DNA of 64,000 nucleotides, taken from contig CBDETK010000013.1 in the NCBI GenBank assembly GCA_965242865.1, positions 5,408,001 through 5,472,000 on the forward strand, written 5' to 3'. The notes beneath the pieces are model-generated. The model was not told the origin of the DNA, ran no database searches, and was given only the letters and a program-made list of their open reading frames with translations. This document shows positions 1 to 9,672 of the stretch, one piece after another. A program made the position numbers and the translations under genes. Position 1 is the stretch's first letter; every line of letters starts with the position of its first letter. This DNA is from Candidatus Latescibacterota bacterium. Lineage in GTDB: Bacteria > Latescibacterota > UBA2968 > UBA8231.

Positions 1-400
1 GGATGAGGGCCAAGGCCCACTCGGCCACCGGATACGAAGAGCCATTGGTCGTATCCACCGTGCAGACGCCCCGCGCCCAAGCGGCTTCGACGTCGATGCG
101 GCTGGCAAAGCGGTCGCCTTCTAGCTCGCCGATGATCTTCAGATTGGGTGCTCGGTCCAAGAGCGCGGCGTCGATCGTGGGGCAGCCGTGGCAGACGACC
201 AAGCCGTCGCAACGGCCTAGCCGCTCGCCGAGTGCTTGGGCGATGGCCGGGTCGGCGTTGGTGTCGTAAATGCCGCCGCCTTCGCATTTAAACCAATCCC
301 AATCGGCAAAGGCTTTGAGGCGGTCGAGATCAGCGGTGGCGAGGTATTGCTCGCGGACGTGCTGGTTGCAGGCGATGAGTATTTGCGGGCGGGTGTGCAT
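1..400 (-). CDS. D-2-hydroxyacid dehydrogenase family protein, N-terminal part (runs off window start)
   Basis: Not in ORF track; hand translation from ATG at 400 (GGAG upstream): MHTRPQILIACNQ...IDAALLDRAPNLKIIGELEGDRFASRIDVEAAWARGVCTVDTTNGSSYPVAEWALALI, typical substrate-binding domain of this family. Confidence 0.75.
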   Translation of the reverse strand, partial: MHTRPQILIACNQHVREQYLATADLDRLKAFADWDWFKCEGGGIYDTNADPAIAQALGERLGRCDGLVVCHGCPTIDAALLDRAPNLKIIGELEGDRFASRIDVEAAWARGVCTVDTTNGSSYPVAEWALALI

Positions 401-458
401 GGGTTGCAAGTCTCCGTTGTGGCGGAGTTATCCGCCGATTTTCGGTATGGAGAGCACT

Positions 459-506
459 TTACAAATCATTACGTCTGAGATGCCGTAGCAGTGCTCCTCT
501 TTTCAC
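459..506 (-). pseudogene. hicA: Truncated HicA toxin remnant
   Basis: GTG overlaps hicB stop (GTGA); encodes MKRGALLRHLRRNDL*, resembling the first helix of HicA, then stops. Confidence 0.55.
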
Positions 507-718
507 TGGACAACTACAATATCTTGTTCGGCGTCGTCGGGAAGACTTCGTAACGCATCTTCGAGACGGTCCTGAAAGATGAGCTCGATCGCGCTCGCCA
601 GACTTTCTCGAGCCTCTTGCTTGGTGCGGCCTTGGCCGTTGGCACCCGGCACCTCTGGACAATATGCGATGTGCCATTCGCCATCTCGTTCAAAAATTGC
701 CGTATAGGTATTGCTCAT
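503..718 (-). CDS. hicB: HicB family antitoxin
   Basis: YTAIFERDGEWHIAYCPEVPGANGQGRTKQEARESL is the HicB RNase-H-like signature. Confidence 0.85.
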   Translation of the reverse strand: MSNTYTAIFERDGEWHIAYCPEVPGANGQGRTKQEARESLASAIELIFQDRLEDALRSLPDDAEQDIVVVQ

Positions 719-841
719 GGTTCAAACCTTTCGTGCCAACTTAGGCGGAGAAATCATCGTGAAAATACTCAGCCGAGCAACTCCCTGCGCCGTCTCGCGG
801 CCCATCGGCCCCCAATTTAGCGCTGGAAGCGTAGGCATGGC

Positions 842-1126
842 TTACGAGGGCCAAAACCGCAAGACGATATTCAGTAGAGCTAAACCGGAAGTCATCACTA
901 CAACCAGAATTTTGACGCTGCCCTTGAGCTCGGCCATCTCGGCCTGCAATCGCGCCATATCATCCTTGAGGCCGCTCTCAACGCGCGTAATCTCGGCCTG
1001 TAATCGCGCCATATCATCCTTTAAGACCGCTCTCAACTCGGCAAGGTCTGCTTTGGACGCGAGATGGTCATACACGCCTTCGAGCCGGGCTAGACGCTCC
1101 TCAATCGTCGGGGGCACGGTAGCCAT
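842..1126 (-). CDS. Small coiled-coil protein with C-terminal TM helix (DUF1640/CCDC90-like)
   Basis: LASKADL motif, duplicated LKDDMARLQAE, hydrophobic C-terminus; AAGGAG RBS upstream. Confidence 0.65.
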   Translation of the reverse strand: MATVPPTIEERLARLEGVYDHLASKADLAELRAVLKDDMARLQAEITRVESGLKDDMARLQAEMAELKGSVKILVVVMTSGLALLNIVLRFWPS

Positions 1127-1269
1127 AATCAATGCGCTCCTTAATCGTTGGACTTATGAACATACGGGACGAGATTGAGCCGCGTCAATGAAAAATCGGC
1201 AGTGGATTGCTGGCGGCCCCCTATCCGCAGCTTATCCTTGTAAAATCACCATCTGATGGGTAATATACG

Positions 1270-2469
1270 ATGTTGTTGTACGCCTTTATGGAAAGGTGCC
1301 TCGTGGTCATCCCCCGTTTTGCCCAAAACAGTGTGCTCGCGGCGCTGGCGCAGTTCCCGGCCGTCGCGTTGGTCGGCCCGCGGCAGTGCGGCAAGACGAC
1401 CTTGGTCCGCATGCTCGACCTGTTGCCCGCGCCCGTTTTTTTCGACTTAGAGGATCCGCGGCACCGGCTGATCTTGGAAGACCCCTTGCGGGCGTTGCAG
1501 GCTGGCGAACTCGTCGTCATTGATGAAGCGCAGCGCATGCCGGAGTTGTTTCCCGTTTTGCGGGTGCTCATCGACCAGAACCGTCGCCCTGGGCAATTCC
1601 TCCTGCTCGGTTCGGCCACGCCCGACCTGCGTCGGCAGAGTGCGGAAAGTCTGGCTGGCCGGTTGCTGACCCTAGAGCTGACGCCGTTCACCGCCGCAGA
1701 GGTCGTCCCCGACCGCTGCTCGTTGGAAGGGCTGTGGGAACGCGGGGGCTTTCCCCTGTCGCTGCTAGCCGCCACGAGCGAGCAGAGCGTTTTGTGGCGT
1801 CAGCAGTATGTGCGCGACATAACCGAGCGCGATTTGCGGCTTTTGGGGTTTGATCTGCCGCCGGCGAGAATGTATCGCTTCCTGCAAATGCTGGCCCACA
1901 ACCACGGCCAACGCTGGAATGCCAGCCAACTGGCGCGCAGTCTCGAAATCGGCGCCACGACCGCCGGGCGCTATCTCGATGTCATCCAGCAAACCTATCT
2001 CGTGCGGTGTCTGCCGCCCTACCTGCGGAACTTGGGAAAACGCCTTACGAAATCCCCCAAGGTGTACATCCGCGACTCGGGCATCCTCCATTCTCTGCTC
2101 GCCCTGCAAAGCCGCGAACAGGTGCTTGGACATCCCGTAGCCGGTTATAGCTGGGAGGGTTTTGTCGTGGAGCAGTTTGCCGCGGCGCTGCCGCTTGGTT
2201 GGGAGTTGGCCTTTTGGCGCACGGCGGCCGGCGCGGAAATCGACTTGGTCCTGCTGCACGGCGGGCACCCGGTCATCGCGGCCGAAATGAAGATGAATAC
2301 CACTGACCCCCGCTCCGGTAGAGGGTTTTACGAAGGATGTAAGGATCTGGCCCCGCGTGAAAAGTGGGTCGTCTATCCCGGCGATGAGACCTTGGCCTTG
2401 CCCAATGGGGTGCTGGCCCTGCCGTTGGCCGAGGCCATAGAGCGGTTTGGGTCCATGGCTCAGCCGTGA
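1270..2469 (+). CDS. AAA_14 / DUF4143 ATP-binding protein
   Basis: GPRQCGKTT Walker A, IDEAQ Walker B, ESLAGR, KSPKVYIRDSG, WRTAAGAEID; start may be GTG ~1303. Confidence 0.9.
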   Translation: MLLYAFMERCLVVIPRFAQNSVLAALAQFPAVALVGPRQCGKTTLVRMLDLLPAPVFFDLEDPRHRLILEDPLRALQAGELVVIDEAQRMPELFPVLRVLIDQNRRPGQFLLLGSATPDLRRQSAESLAGRLLTLELTPFTAAEVVPDRCSLEGLWERGGFPLSLLAATSEQSVLWRQQYVRDITERDLRLLGFDLPPARMYRFLQMLAHNHGQRWNASQLARSLEIGATTAGRYLDVIQQTYLVRCLPPYLRNLGKRLTKSPKVYIRDSGILHSLLALQSREQVLGHPVAGYSWEGFVVEQFAAALPLGWELAFWRTAAGAEIDLVLLHGGHPVIAAEMKMNTTDPRSGRGFYEGCKDLAPREKWVVYPGDETLALPNGVLALPLAEAIERFGSMAQP

Positions 2470-4451
2470 CTGGACGACTGATCGCTCGCCTCGCCGGTGC
2501 CGCCCTGCTGCTCGGCGGCTTGGCCTTCAATCCGCTGGCCCTAGCGCATTTTTTTGGCGAGCCGCCGCTGGGCACTGAGGGTATCATCGCCCTCCAGATC
2601 GCCGCGATTGTGAGCGGCGGTTGGCTCGTTTGGCGCGGCCCTCGGCTGCCGCTGGTTCCCATCGCGCTCCTCGCGGTTGCCTTGGGCGCGCTGGCCGTTG
2701 TCGGGGGATACGGCACGGCCCGCTCCCTGCAAAAGGCGCGCGACCGCAACCGGCTCTTGGCCGCTATCGACCGCAGCGAACAAGTGCAGCAGCACCTCAG
2801 CGGCGAGGCCCTGCCGCTGCTCGCCTTGGGGATCTACCAAGGCCAACTGCCGGCGGCCCCGGCTCGCACGCTTTTTGCCGCTACGGTGGTGGTCGCGGAC
2901 GTGGTGCCGAACACAGAGGCGACCCAAGTCGTCCCGGCCTTGGGCATTAAACGCCAGCACTGGAAGATCGCTCCCGCCGAGCCGGTTTCCGCCGCCGACA
3001 TCGCGCTGTGGGAGCCGCTTTGGGCCGCGCTGGAGGGGTGCGATTATGCGGCCTTCCACATTGAGACCGGGCAGTTCCTCGACGCGGCGGGCGCGATCTA
3101 CCAAGCCCGCTTGCGCTTTGACGCCTCGGCGCAGACCAAGGACGGGGAGCGGGCGCAAATTCGGGCTGGGCTGAGGCTAGCGTGGCAGCAACAGGACGAT
3201 GCCGCTTGGCGGATTCAGCGCTGGGAGACCGAATCGCTGGAGACGCTCACGCGGCCGCACGCCCTGTTTGCCGGAGTTCTCGACGAGGCCCTCCCCGCTC
3301 AGGCTAGGGTTTCGCGCCACGCGGAACTGGTGCTCCAGTCGTTTCGCGACTCCGCGTTCGTCGCGCCGCACCGCTATTTCACGCGCCAAGCCTTTGATCG
3401 CCATCCCGGCATCAGCGTCGTAGATATCGACGCCGATGGGTACGACGACCTGTACCTTGCCGTGCGCCGAGGTAGGAACATGCTGTTGCACAATGGCGGT
3501 GACGGCGCGTTCACCGAGCGGGCGGCCCACTACGGCCTCGATGTGGAGCACCACACGGCCGCGGCGCTCTTCGCCGACTTTGACAACGATGGCGACCCGG
3601 ATGTCTTCCTCGGCCGCACGCTCGCGCCCAGCCGCTACTTGGTCAATGAGTGCGGGCGTTTTGTTCCCCGCGACTTGGGTGCTGACGTATTGCCGTCCCT
3701 CGTAGCCTCGATCTCGGCAGCCGATTACGACCGCGACGGGCTGCTCGACGGGTACTTCTCCACCTATGCCGCGCGGATGGTGCTCGACGCAGTAACCGCT
3801 GCTCCTCGCGCCGCGCTATTGGCCGACTTCCTGCCGGCGGACCGCGCTCGGACGCTCTACGACCTGAGCCGCGACCGCATCGGCCAGCTCATCCGCGACG
3901 CGCCCGGGCCGCCCAATGTCCTGCTGCACAACCTCGGCAACGGACGGTTCGCGCCCACAGCCGCCGTGTGGCGCAATACCTTGCAGGCGACTTGGGCCGA
4001 TTACGACCGCGACGGCGACCCGGATCTCTACCTCGCCAACGACTTTGCCGCCAACAACCTGTTTCGCAACGACGGCGGGGTCTTGGTGGATGTCACTGCG
4101 GCGAGCAAGGCCGCGGACCCGGGCTTTGGCATGGGCGCGAGTTGGGCCGATTACGACGGCGATGGCCGCCAAGACCTGTACGTGACCAACATGCACAGCA
4201 ACGCCGGGCGCCGCATCACGGCCGCGGCGGGGCCGGCGGGCGCGGCTTTTGCCCGGTTGGCTCGGGGCAGCTCCCTGTTGCGGAACAGCCGGGCGGGCTT
4301 TGTCCGGGTTGCGGATTCGCCGGTGGAGGACAGCGGCTGGGGTTGGGGCGGCCAATTTTTGGACTTTGACAACGACGGCGATCTCGACATCTACGCCCCG
4401 AGCGGGTACTACACCCCGCCGGCCGCCGTGGCCCTGCCCGAGGATACCTGA
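2466..4451 (+). CDS. Membrane-anchored FG-GAP/VCBS-repeat (CRTAC1-like) protein; N-terminal part of a probable 874-aa UGA-readthrough protein (2466..5090)
   Basis: N-terminal TM helices, repeated DxDxDGxxDLY motifs, GWGWGGQFLDFDNDGDLD; ends in TGA in frame with the ASPIC domain ORF. Confidence 0.85.
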   Translation: MTGRLIARLAGAALLLGGLAFNPLALAHFFGEPPLGTEGIIALQIAAIVSGGWLVWRGPRLPLVPIALLAVALGALAVVGGYGTARSLQKARDRNRLLAAIDRSEQVQQHLSGEALPLLALGIYQGQLPAAPARTLFAATVVVADVVPNTEATQVVPALGIKRQHWKIAPAEPVSAADIALWEPLWAALEGCDYAAFHIETGQFLDAAGAIYQARLRFDASAQTKDGERAQIRAGLRLAWQQQDDAAWRIQRWETESLETLTRPHALFAGVLDEALPAQARVSRHAELVLQSFRDSAFVAPHRYFTRQAFDRHPGISVVDIDADGYDDLYLAVRRGRNMLLHNGGDGAFTERAAHYGLDVEHHTAAALFADFDNDGDPDVFLGRTLAPSRYLVNECGRFVPRDLGADVLPSLVASISAADYDRDGLLDGYFSTYAARMVLDAVTAAPRAALLADFLPADRARTLYDLSRDRIGQLIRDAPGPPNVLLHNLGNGRFAPTAAVWRNTLQATWADYDRDGDPDLYLANDFAANNLFRNDGGVLVDVTAASKAADPGFGMGASWADYDGDGRQDLYVTNMHSNAGRRITAAAGPAGAAFARLARGSSLLRNSRAGFVRVADSPVEDSGWGWGGQFLDFDNDGDLDIYAPSGYYTPPAAVALPEDT

Positions 4452-4480
4452 AGCCTGTTTTGGCGCACGGTCGTGCGCCA
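4449..4480 (+). promoter_or_regulatory. In-frame UGA plus bacterial SECIS-like hairpin
   Basis: TGA(4449-51), 9 nt, stem TGGCGCAC (4461-68), loop GGTC, stem GTGCGCCA (4473-80); loop starts after a 17-nt spacer from the UGA and begins with G. Confidence 0.7.
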
Positions 4481-5090
4481 TGGTCGGACGGACGGGGCGT
4501 ACAACGTAGGAGCGCGGCTCGACGCGGGGGCCTCGCTCAGCGGCTACCAGCGCAACCGGCTATTCCTCAATGTGGAAGGCCGCGCCTTCCTCGATGTGTC
4601 GGGCTTGTCCGCGGCGGATTCGCCGGCCGATGGCCGCGCCTTTGCCACCTTGGACTTCGACCGCGATGGCCGCATTGACTTGGCCATCGTCAATGCCAAC
4701 GAGCCGCTCTGCGAGCTGTTTGCCAATCGCAGCAAGGCGGGGCACTTCCTCGCGGTGCGCTTTGTCGGGGGCAATGACCGCGCCGCGCCCACGAGCGCGT
4801 GGAGTGTGCGCGATGGCTATGGCGTGCAAGTGGAAGTGGAGGTCGACGGACGGACGTTACTGCGCGAGCACCGCGCCGGCGAGGGCTTTTCGGCCCAGAA
4901 CAGCGCGACCCTGATCGTCGGTCTAGGTGATCATCCGCAAGCGGACGCCCTGCGCGTACATTGGCCTTCGGGGCGAGTGCAGCGCGCAACCGACGTGGCG
5001 GCCGGGACGCTATTGACCGCGTACGAAAATCCCCGGCACTCGCCTACGGGGGCGGCGTTTGTAGTGGGGCCGTATCGCGGCACACCGTAA
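4452..5090 (+). CDS. ASPIC/UnbV domain (in-frame continuation of upstream gene; ORF track start 4473)
   Basis: SLFWRTVV..SLSGYQRNRLF..DGRAFATLDFDRDG..GEGFSAQNS..GLG..VHWPSG; 4473-2466=2007 nt, a multiple of 3. Confidence 0.85.
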   Translation, partial: SLFWRTVVRHGRTDGAYNVGARLDAGASLSGYQRNRLFLNVEGRAFLDVSGLSAADSPADGRAFATLDFDRDGRIDLAIVNANEPLCELFANRSKAGHFLAVRFVGGNDRAAPTSAWSVRDGYGVQVEVEVDGRTLLREHRAGEGFSAQNSATLIVGLGDHPQADALRVHWPSGRVQRATDVAAGTLLTAYENPRHSPTGAAFVVGPYRGTP

Positions 5091-5190
5091 GGGCGATTGC
5101 GGGGTAGTTGCGCGTTGGCTGCATCGGTAGGATATTGACAAGACGTAACGACGGTGCTAATGGCATCATGAGACAAGATATAGAATACTT
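4907..5190 (+). repeat. Direct repeat A, copy 1 (3' end of ASPIC gene plus downstream intergenic DNA)
   Basis: Aligns by eye with 14663..~14950 (gaccctgatcgtcgg...catccgcaagcggacgccctgcgcgtacattggccttcggggcga...ggatattgaca.gacgtaacga). Confidence 0.9.
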
Positions 5191-5199
5191 AGAGGAACC

Positions 5200-8100
5200 G
5201 TGAACGACAGAGATCTGAAATTTACAGATGTTCAAGCACTCGCTGGTAAGGATAGTCTAGCCTCTTTTTTCGCTACCCTTGGTTATGACACAGAGATGCG
5301 CCTGCCGCTGACCTCCACTGCCTTGGGCATCACAGCCGAACAGCTTCAGCGCCAGATAAAAAGTATAGAGCAACTCGCCGTTCAGGAGGATGGAGCGGAG
5401 CCACTATACGTTTATCTCGTAGAGTTGACCTCCGTCACGATTGCGGCTACGCAGGGTCTGGCTCGTGCCCTCAAAAACAGGGAGGGGAACTACGTTTTGG
5501 TGCTCACTGACGACTACGAAAGGCTGGACTTCGTCCTGCTCGAAAGGACTCTCCCCCAATCGAATGGTTCAATCCTCTCTCCACGCCAAGTATCCGTCAG
5601 GCCGCGCATCCTTACGGTCCATCGGCGCAACCCGTCGCGGGTCCATGTCCATTTGCGGGTTCTCAGAAGGTTCACCTACACCGAGGCGGACTCAGATGCT
5701 CAGTACGATAAGCTGCTGTCGGCTTATACTGTCGCCGAATGGTCCGAGCCTTTGTTCAACAATCGCGCCCTATTTTCTGACTATTATCTGAACGAACGCC
5801 TCCCCGAACTACAAGCATGGCAGGAGCATCCTGAGACGGTATATCACCGCTTTCAAGCACTATTCGCCGACTTCCGCGGTCACTTGTCTGATGATAGCCA
5901 AGCTACAATGCGGAATCTCCTAGTACCTGCTTTTAAGGCTCTTGGGTTCCGCGCTGTAAAGGACCAGCAGCGTTATCTCCTCTATACAGCCGATGCGCCC
6001 GACAAGCCTATCGCCTTTTGCTTGGCCTACAGTTGGAATCGCTACCTAGACGGACGCGATGAGACCCGCGACACAGATTCCCCCGAAGAGAATCCGGGCG
6101 CACGTGTCGTCTCTATCCTCGACTCGGGCGAGGCTCCTTGGGCTGTTGTGACCAATGGCAAGCTCTGGCGTCTCTACTCAGCGCAGGCGCACTCTCGCGC
6201 AACCAACTACTATGAGATTGACCTTGAAGAGACTCTAGCCATGGCCGATCCCAACAAAGCCTTCCGCTATTTTTATTTATTTTTCCGCGCCGCCGCCTTT
6301 GTGCCCGAAGAAGACGTGAGCGATGACCAAACTCGTCAAATTTGTTTCTTAGATAAACTTGTTGAAGAAAGCGAGACCTATGCCAAGGGCCTCGGAGATC
6401 GTCTGAAAGAGCGAATATTCGAGCAGGTATTCCCACACTTTGCCAAAGGCTTCATAGAGTACCTTGAACAACAGCCGGGTATTGTAGCTCCTCATCAGAA
6501 AACGCTGTTTCGCGTTGTACAGCAGTTGTCCCTTAAACAAGAGCCCAACGAGGAATTCCGCCGTCAGGTGTTCGAGGGGACGTTGACCCTGCTTTACCGC
6601 CTACTGTTCTTGCTGTACGCAGAGGCTCGTGGTTTGCTGCCGGTTAGAGAAGAACGAGGATACTTTGAACATAGCCTCACTAAGCTAAAGGAGGAAATCA
6701 AAGAAAAAGCAGGAAACATCCTCAACGAAGCTCCTACGAAACTCAGCTCAGTCTATCGCACCGACACCACTGACCTGTACGACAGACTGCTGACGCTATT
6801 TGCGGCCATTGACCAAGGGAGTCGCGACCTGAACATTCCTCTTTACAATGGCGGCCTTTTCATTACCGAGCCACAGGCCAAGGACAACTCTCTAGAGGCC
6901 ACAACCGCCCGTTTTTTACGGCAGCAAAAAATCCCCGACCGCTATTTGGCTATGGGGTTGGATTTGCTGGCACGAGATGTGGACGACAAGCGACAAGACC
7001 TTGTTTTTATTGACTATAAGTCGCTAGGGGTGCGTCAACTCGGTTCCATATACGAGGGGCTTCTGGAGTTCAAAATTCGCATCGCTCCTGAAAAAATGGC
7101 TGTGGTCAAGGGCAAGCGAACCGAAGAGGTCGTTCCCTACAAAGAGGCCAAGAAAGTTTTGACCAAAGGTAGAGGCCGCAACGCCGAGGAGCGCGTGTAT
7201 CACGCCGGCGAGATGTATCTTGAAAACGACCGCCGGGAGCGCAAAGCGTCCGGATCGTACTATACTCCCGATCATATCGTGAAGTACATCGTCGAGCATG
7301 CCGTAGGGCCGGTGCTTGAGGAGAAGTTTGAGAAACTGCGTCCTATATTTCGGAAGGCAGGGCAACAATACCGCCAGAAAGTGCAGCAAGCCAAGATCCT
7401 CAAAAGGCAGGGCTTGGAACCAGATGACCCGAACAAGATCGCCATTACTTTTCGTCCATTAGTGGACGATCTATTTGATCTGCGGATTCTCGACCCGGCG
7501 ATGGGTTCAGGGCACTTTCTGGTAGAAGCGGTGGACTTTATCTGCGACCGCATCCTTGGAGAGCAAGAGGGTTTCCTACAATCGTTCCCGTGGAACCCCG
7601 TGACGGCCTTCCTCGATGATACCCGTCGGGCCATCAGCACGGAAATGGAACGGCAGAAAATTTCGGTGGATACAGGCCGTCTAACCGACGTCAACCTGCT
7701 GAAACGCTACGTACTCAAGCGTTGCGTCTATGGTGTTGATTTGAACCCTATGGCCGTGGAGTTGGCCAAGGTGTCGCTGTGGCTGGACTGTTTCACCATT
7801 GGAGCACCGCTTTCTTTTTTAGACCATCACCTCAAGTGTGGCAATTCGCTCATTGGCACCACGGCACAGCAAGTGCAAGCCGAACTACCTAATCAAACCG
7901 ACCTGTTCGGCGGCCCTTTCCAAGGACTTATCGCTGCTACTGCCACGATTGAGCAACTGCGGCGCATTCCCGACGCCACGGCGTCGGAAGTCGAGGCCAG
8001 CCATACCCTTTTTGCAGACTTTGAGCAGGATCAAGCCCCGTACAAGGCTGCACTCGACATCTGGGTCAGCCGACACTTTGGAAACAGACTCGCCGAGGAA

Positions 8101-9639
8101 TACTTGGCCTTCTCAGGGGCTAATCTAGTCAAGCAGATACGCCCTGGAGGGAGCAGTCCTCCGCTGCCTAATAAATACCAAGAGACTATCAAGAAGGCCG
8201 CTGAAATAGGCATAGAGAAACGCTTCTTTCATTGGGATTTGGAGTTCCCGGAGGCATTTGTCGATTTGCGAGGCGGCCGGTGGAAGGCAAAGAGTGAACA
8301 GGGATTTGACGCGGTGGTGGGGAATCCGCCATATGATGTGCTTGGTAGAGAAATGATAGATAAAGAAACACAAAGGGAACTAGATTTCTACGATAGAATA
8401 CCTCTCTATACTCCTGCTTTGATTGGAGCGAAAAATATCTACAAATTATTCATCTGCCGTGGAATAGCTACCACTTGCAAGTCTGGAGTTATATCTTTTA
8501 TAGTGCCAATGTCTCTTTTGGGGGATAGACAGGCTACTGAGATCCGAAGGTTGTTTTTAGAAAAGATGAACTTGATTGCCATTGAGGTTTTTCCACAGAA
8601 AGATAACCCTAGCAGGCGTGTTTTCTATGAAGCTAAGCTATCAACCACGATTTTTGTATTGTGTAATAAATTTAGTGATAGTGAATTCTTAGTTCGAACA
8701 CATTCTGCACACAGTATCGTTGACAATACTCAAGATACATTGCAGGTCACATCGAAACAAATTCATCGCATGGATCCAAAATTTCTCTCGATTAAATCCT
8801 GTACGAAACGTGATTTTAAGATAGTTGATCGGTTATTCAGTTCTAAGACGACCACAATGGAAGAAAAAGTTCAACTTATGGAAGGAGAGGTTCATTCTGC
8901 TAGCCATAAAGAATTTCTCTCAGATAGTAAACATGTCGGTCCACTTGTTCTAAGAGGTGCATCCATATCTCTATATGCATTGAGAGAAGCTTCTCAGGGT
9001 GAAATTCTATATCTTGACATAGAGAAATATTTACAAGGAAGACGAGCGAGCTCTAAAGCATATCATCATCGTCAAAGGCGAATCGGATTCCAACGGTCAG
9101 CACCGCAGAATAATTTTCGCAGATTAATTGCTGCTCCAATACCAATAGACAATTTTTGCTTTGAGTCAATCAAGTATGTGACTACAGAAACAAGTCATAT
9201 GGATCTCAATTTGTTTATGGCTTTAATGAATTCAAAAATACTAGATTGGTATTTTCGACTGAGTAGTACGAATGCCTCTATTAACGAATATCAATTCAAT
9301 CAGTTACCAATTCCTAGTATGTCAAAAGACGAAATATATATTGATTGGTGTCCATTACTCGATACAGGCAAATGGCCTGATCTCTCAGGTCTGCTTTCAT
9401 CAGCCTGTAAGAAACCTGGTATTATGCCTAAGAATGTGGGAGAGGCAATCGCAGAAATGTGTCGTCGAATTCAGGAAATAGAAGCTCGTCGTGTGCTCAA
9501 AAATCGATCTGAACGATCGAGCCTATCACCTGAGAGCCAGCCTATTCAGGACACGATTGACAAGGTACTGTTCCGTTGCTACGGCTTGTCAGACGACGAC
9601 GCCCAGTACATTGAAGAACGTCTGCAGGAAATGTTGTGA
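5200..9639 (+). CDS. Type IIG (Eco57I-like) fused restriction endonuclease / N6-adenine methyltransferase
   Basis: VTNGKLWRLY REase-associated motif, LGSIYEGLLE, GSYYTP, DPAMGSGHFL (motif I), GNPPY (motif IV), C-terminal TRD. Confidence 0.9.
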   Translation: MNDRDLKFTDVQALAGKDSLASFFATLGYDTEMRLPLTSTALGITAEQLQRQIKSIEQLAVQEDGAEPLYVYLVELTSVTIAATQGLARALKNREGNYVLVLTDDYERLDFVLLERTLPQSNGSILSPRQVSVRPRILTVHRRNPSRVHVHLRVLRRFTYTEADSDAQYDKLLSAYTVAEWSEPLFNNRALFSDYYLNERLPELQAWQEHPETVYHRFQALFADFRGHLSDDSQATMRNLLVPAFKALGFRAVKDQQRYLLYTADAPDKPIAFCLAYSWNRYLDGRDETRDTDSPEENPGARVVSILDSGEAPWAVVTNGKLWRLYSAQAHSRATNYYEIDLEETLAMADPNKAFRYFYLFFRAAAFVPEEDVSDDQTRQICFLDKLVEESETYAKGLGDRLKERIFEQVFPHFAKGFIEYLEQQPGIVAPHQKTLFRVVQQLSLKQEPNEEFRRQVFEGTLTLLYRLLFLLYAEARGLLPVREERGYFEHSLTKLKEEIKEKAGNILNEAPTKLSSVYRTDTTDLYDRLLTLFAAIDQGSRDLNIPLYNGGLFITEPQAKDNSLEATTARFLRQQKIPDRYLAMGLDLLARDVDDKRQDLVFIDYKSLGVRQLGSIYEGLLEFKIRIAPEKMAVVKGKRTEEVVPYKEAKKVLTKGRGRNAEERVYHAGEMYLENDRRERKASGSYYTPDHIVKYIVEHAVGPVLEEKFEKLRPIFRKAGQQYRQKVQQAKILKRQGLEPDDPNKIAITFRPLVDDLFDLRILDPAMGSGHFLVEAVDFICDRILGEQEGFLQSFPWNPVTAFLDDTRRAISTEMERQKISVDTGRLTDVNLLKRYVLKRCVYGVDLNPMAVELAKVSLWLDCFTIGAPLSFLDHHLKCGNSLIGTTAQQVQAELPNQTDLFGGPFQGLIAATATIEQLRRIPDATASEVEASHTLFADFEQDQAPYKAALDIWVSRHFGNRLAEEYLAFSGANLVKQIRPGGSSPPLPNKYQETIKKAAEIGIEKRFFHWDLEFPEAFVDLRGGRWKAKSEQGFDAVVGNPPYDVLGREMIDKETQRELDFYDRIPLYTPALIGAKNIYKLFICRGIATTCKSGVISFIVPMSLLGDRQATEIRRLFLEKMNLIAIEVFPQKDNPSRRVFYEAKLSTTIFVLCNKFSDSEFLVRTHSAHSIVDNTQDTLQVTSKQIHRMDPKFLSIKSCTKRDFKIVDRLFSSKTTTMEEKVQLMEGEVHSASHKEFLSDSKHVGPLVLRGASISLYALREASQGEILYLDIEKYLQGRRASSKAYHHRQRRIGFQRSAPQNNFRRLIAAPIPIDNFCFESIKYVTTETSHMDLNLFMALMNSKILDWYFRLSSTNASINEYQFNQLPIPSMSKDEIYIDWCPLLDTGKWPDLSGLLSSACKKPGIMPKNVGEAIAEMCRRIQEIEARRVLKNRSERSSLSPESQPIQDTIDKVLFRCYGLSDDDAQYIEERLQEML

Positions 9640-9672
9640 ATGGTTCTAGAAGGACACATATAGGAGTTTGCA

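Noticed and set aside
3-488. Plus-strand ORFs at window start
   Set aside because: The real gene is the minus-strand dehydrogenase that runs off the window
4449-4451. Genome-wide UGA reassignment (code 4/25)
   Set aside because: Many genes here end in TGA at the expected family C-terminus with ATGA/GTGA coupling
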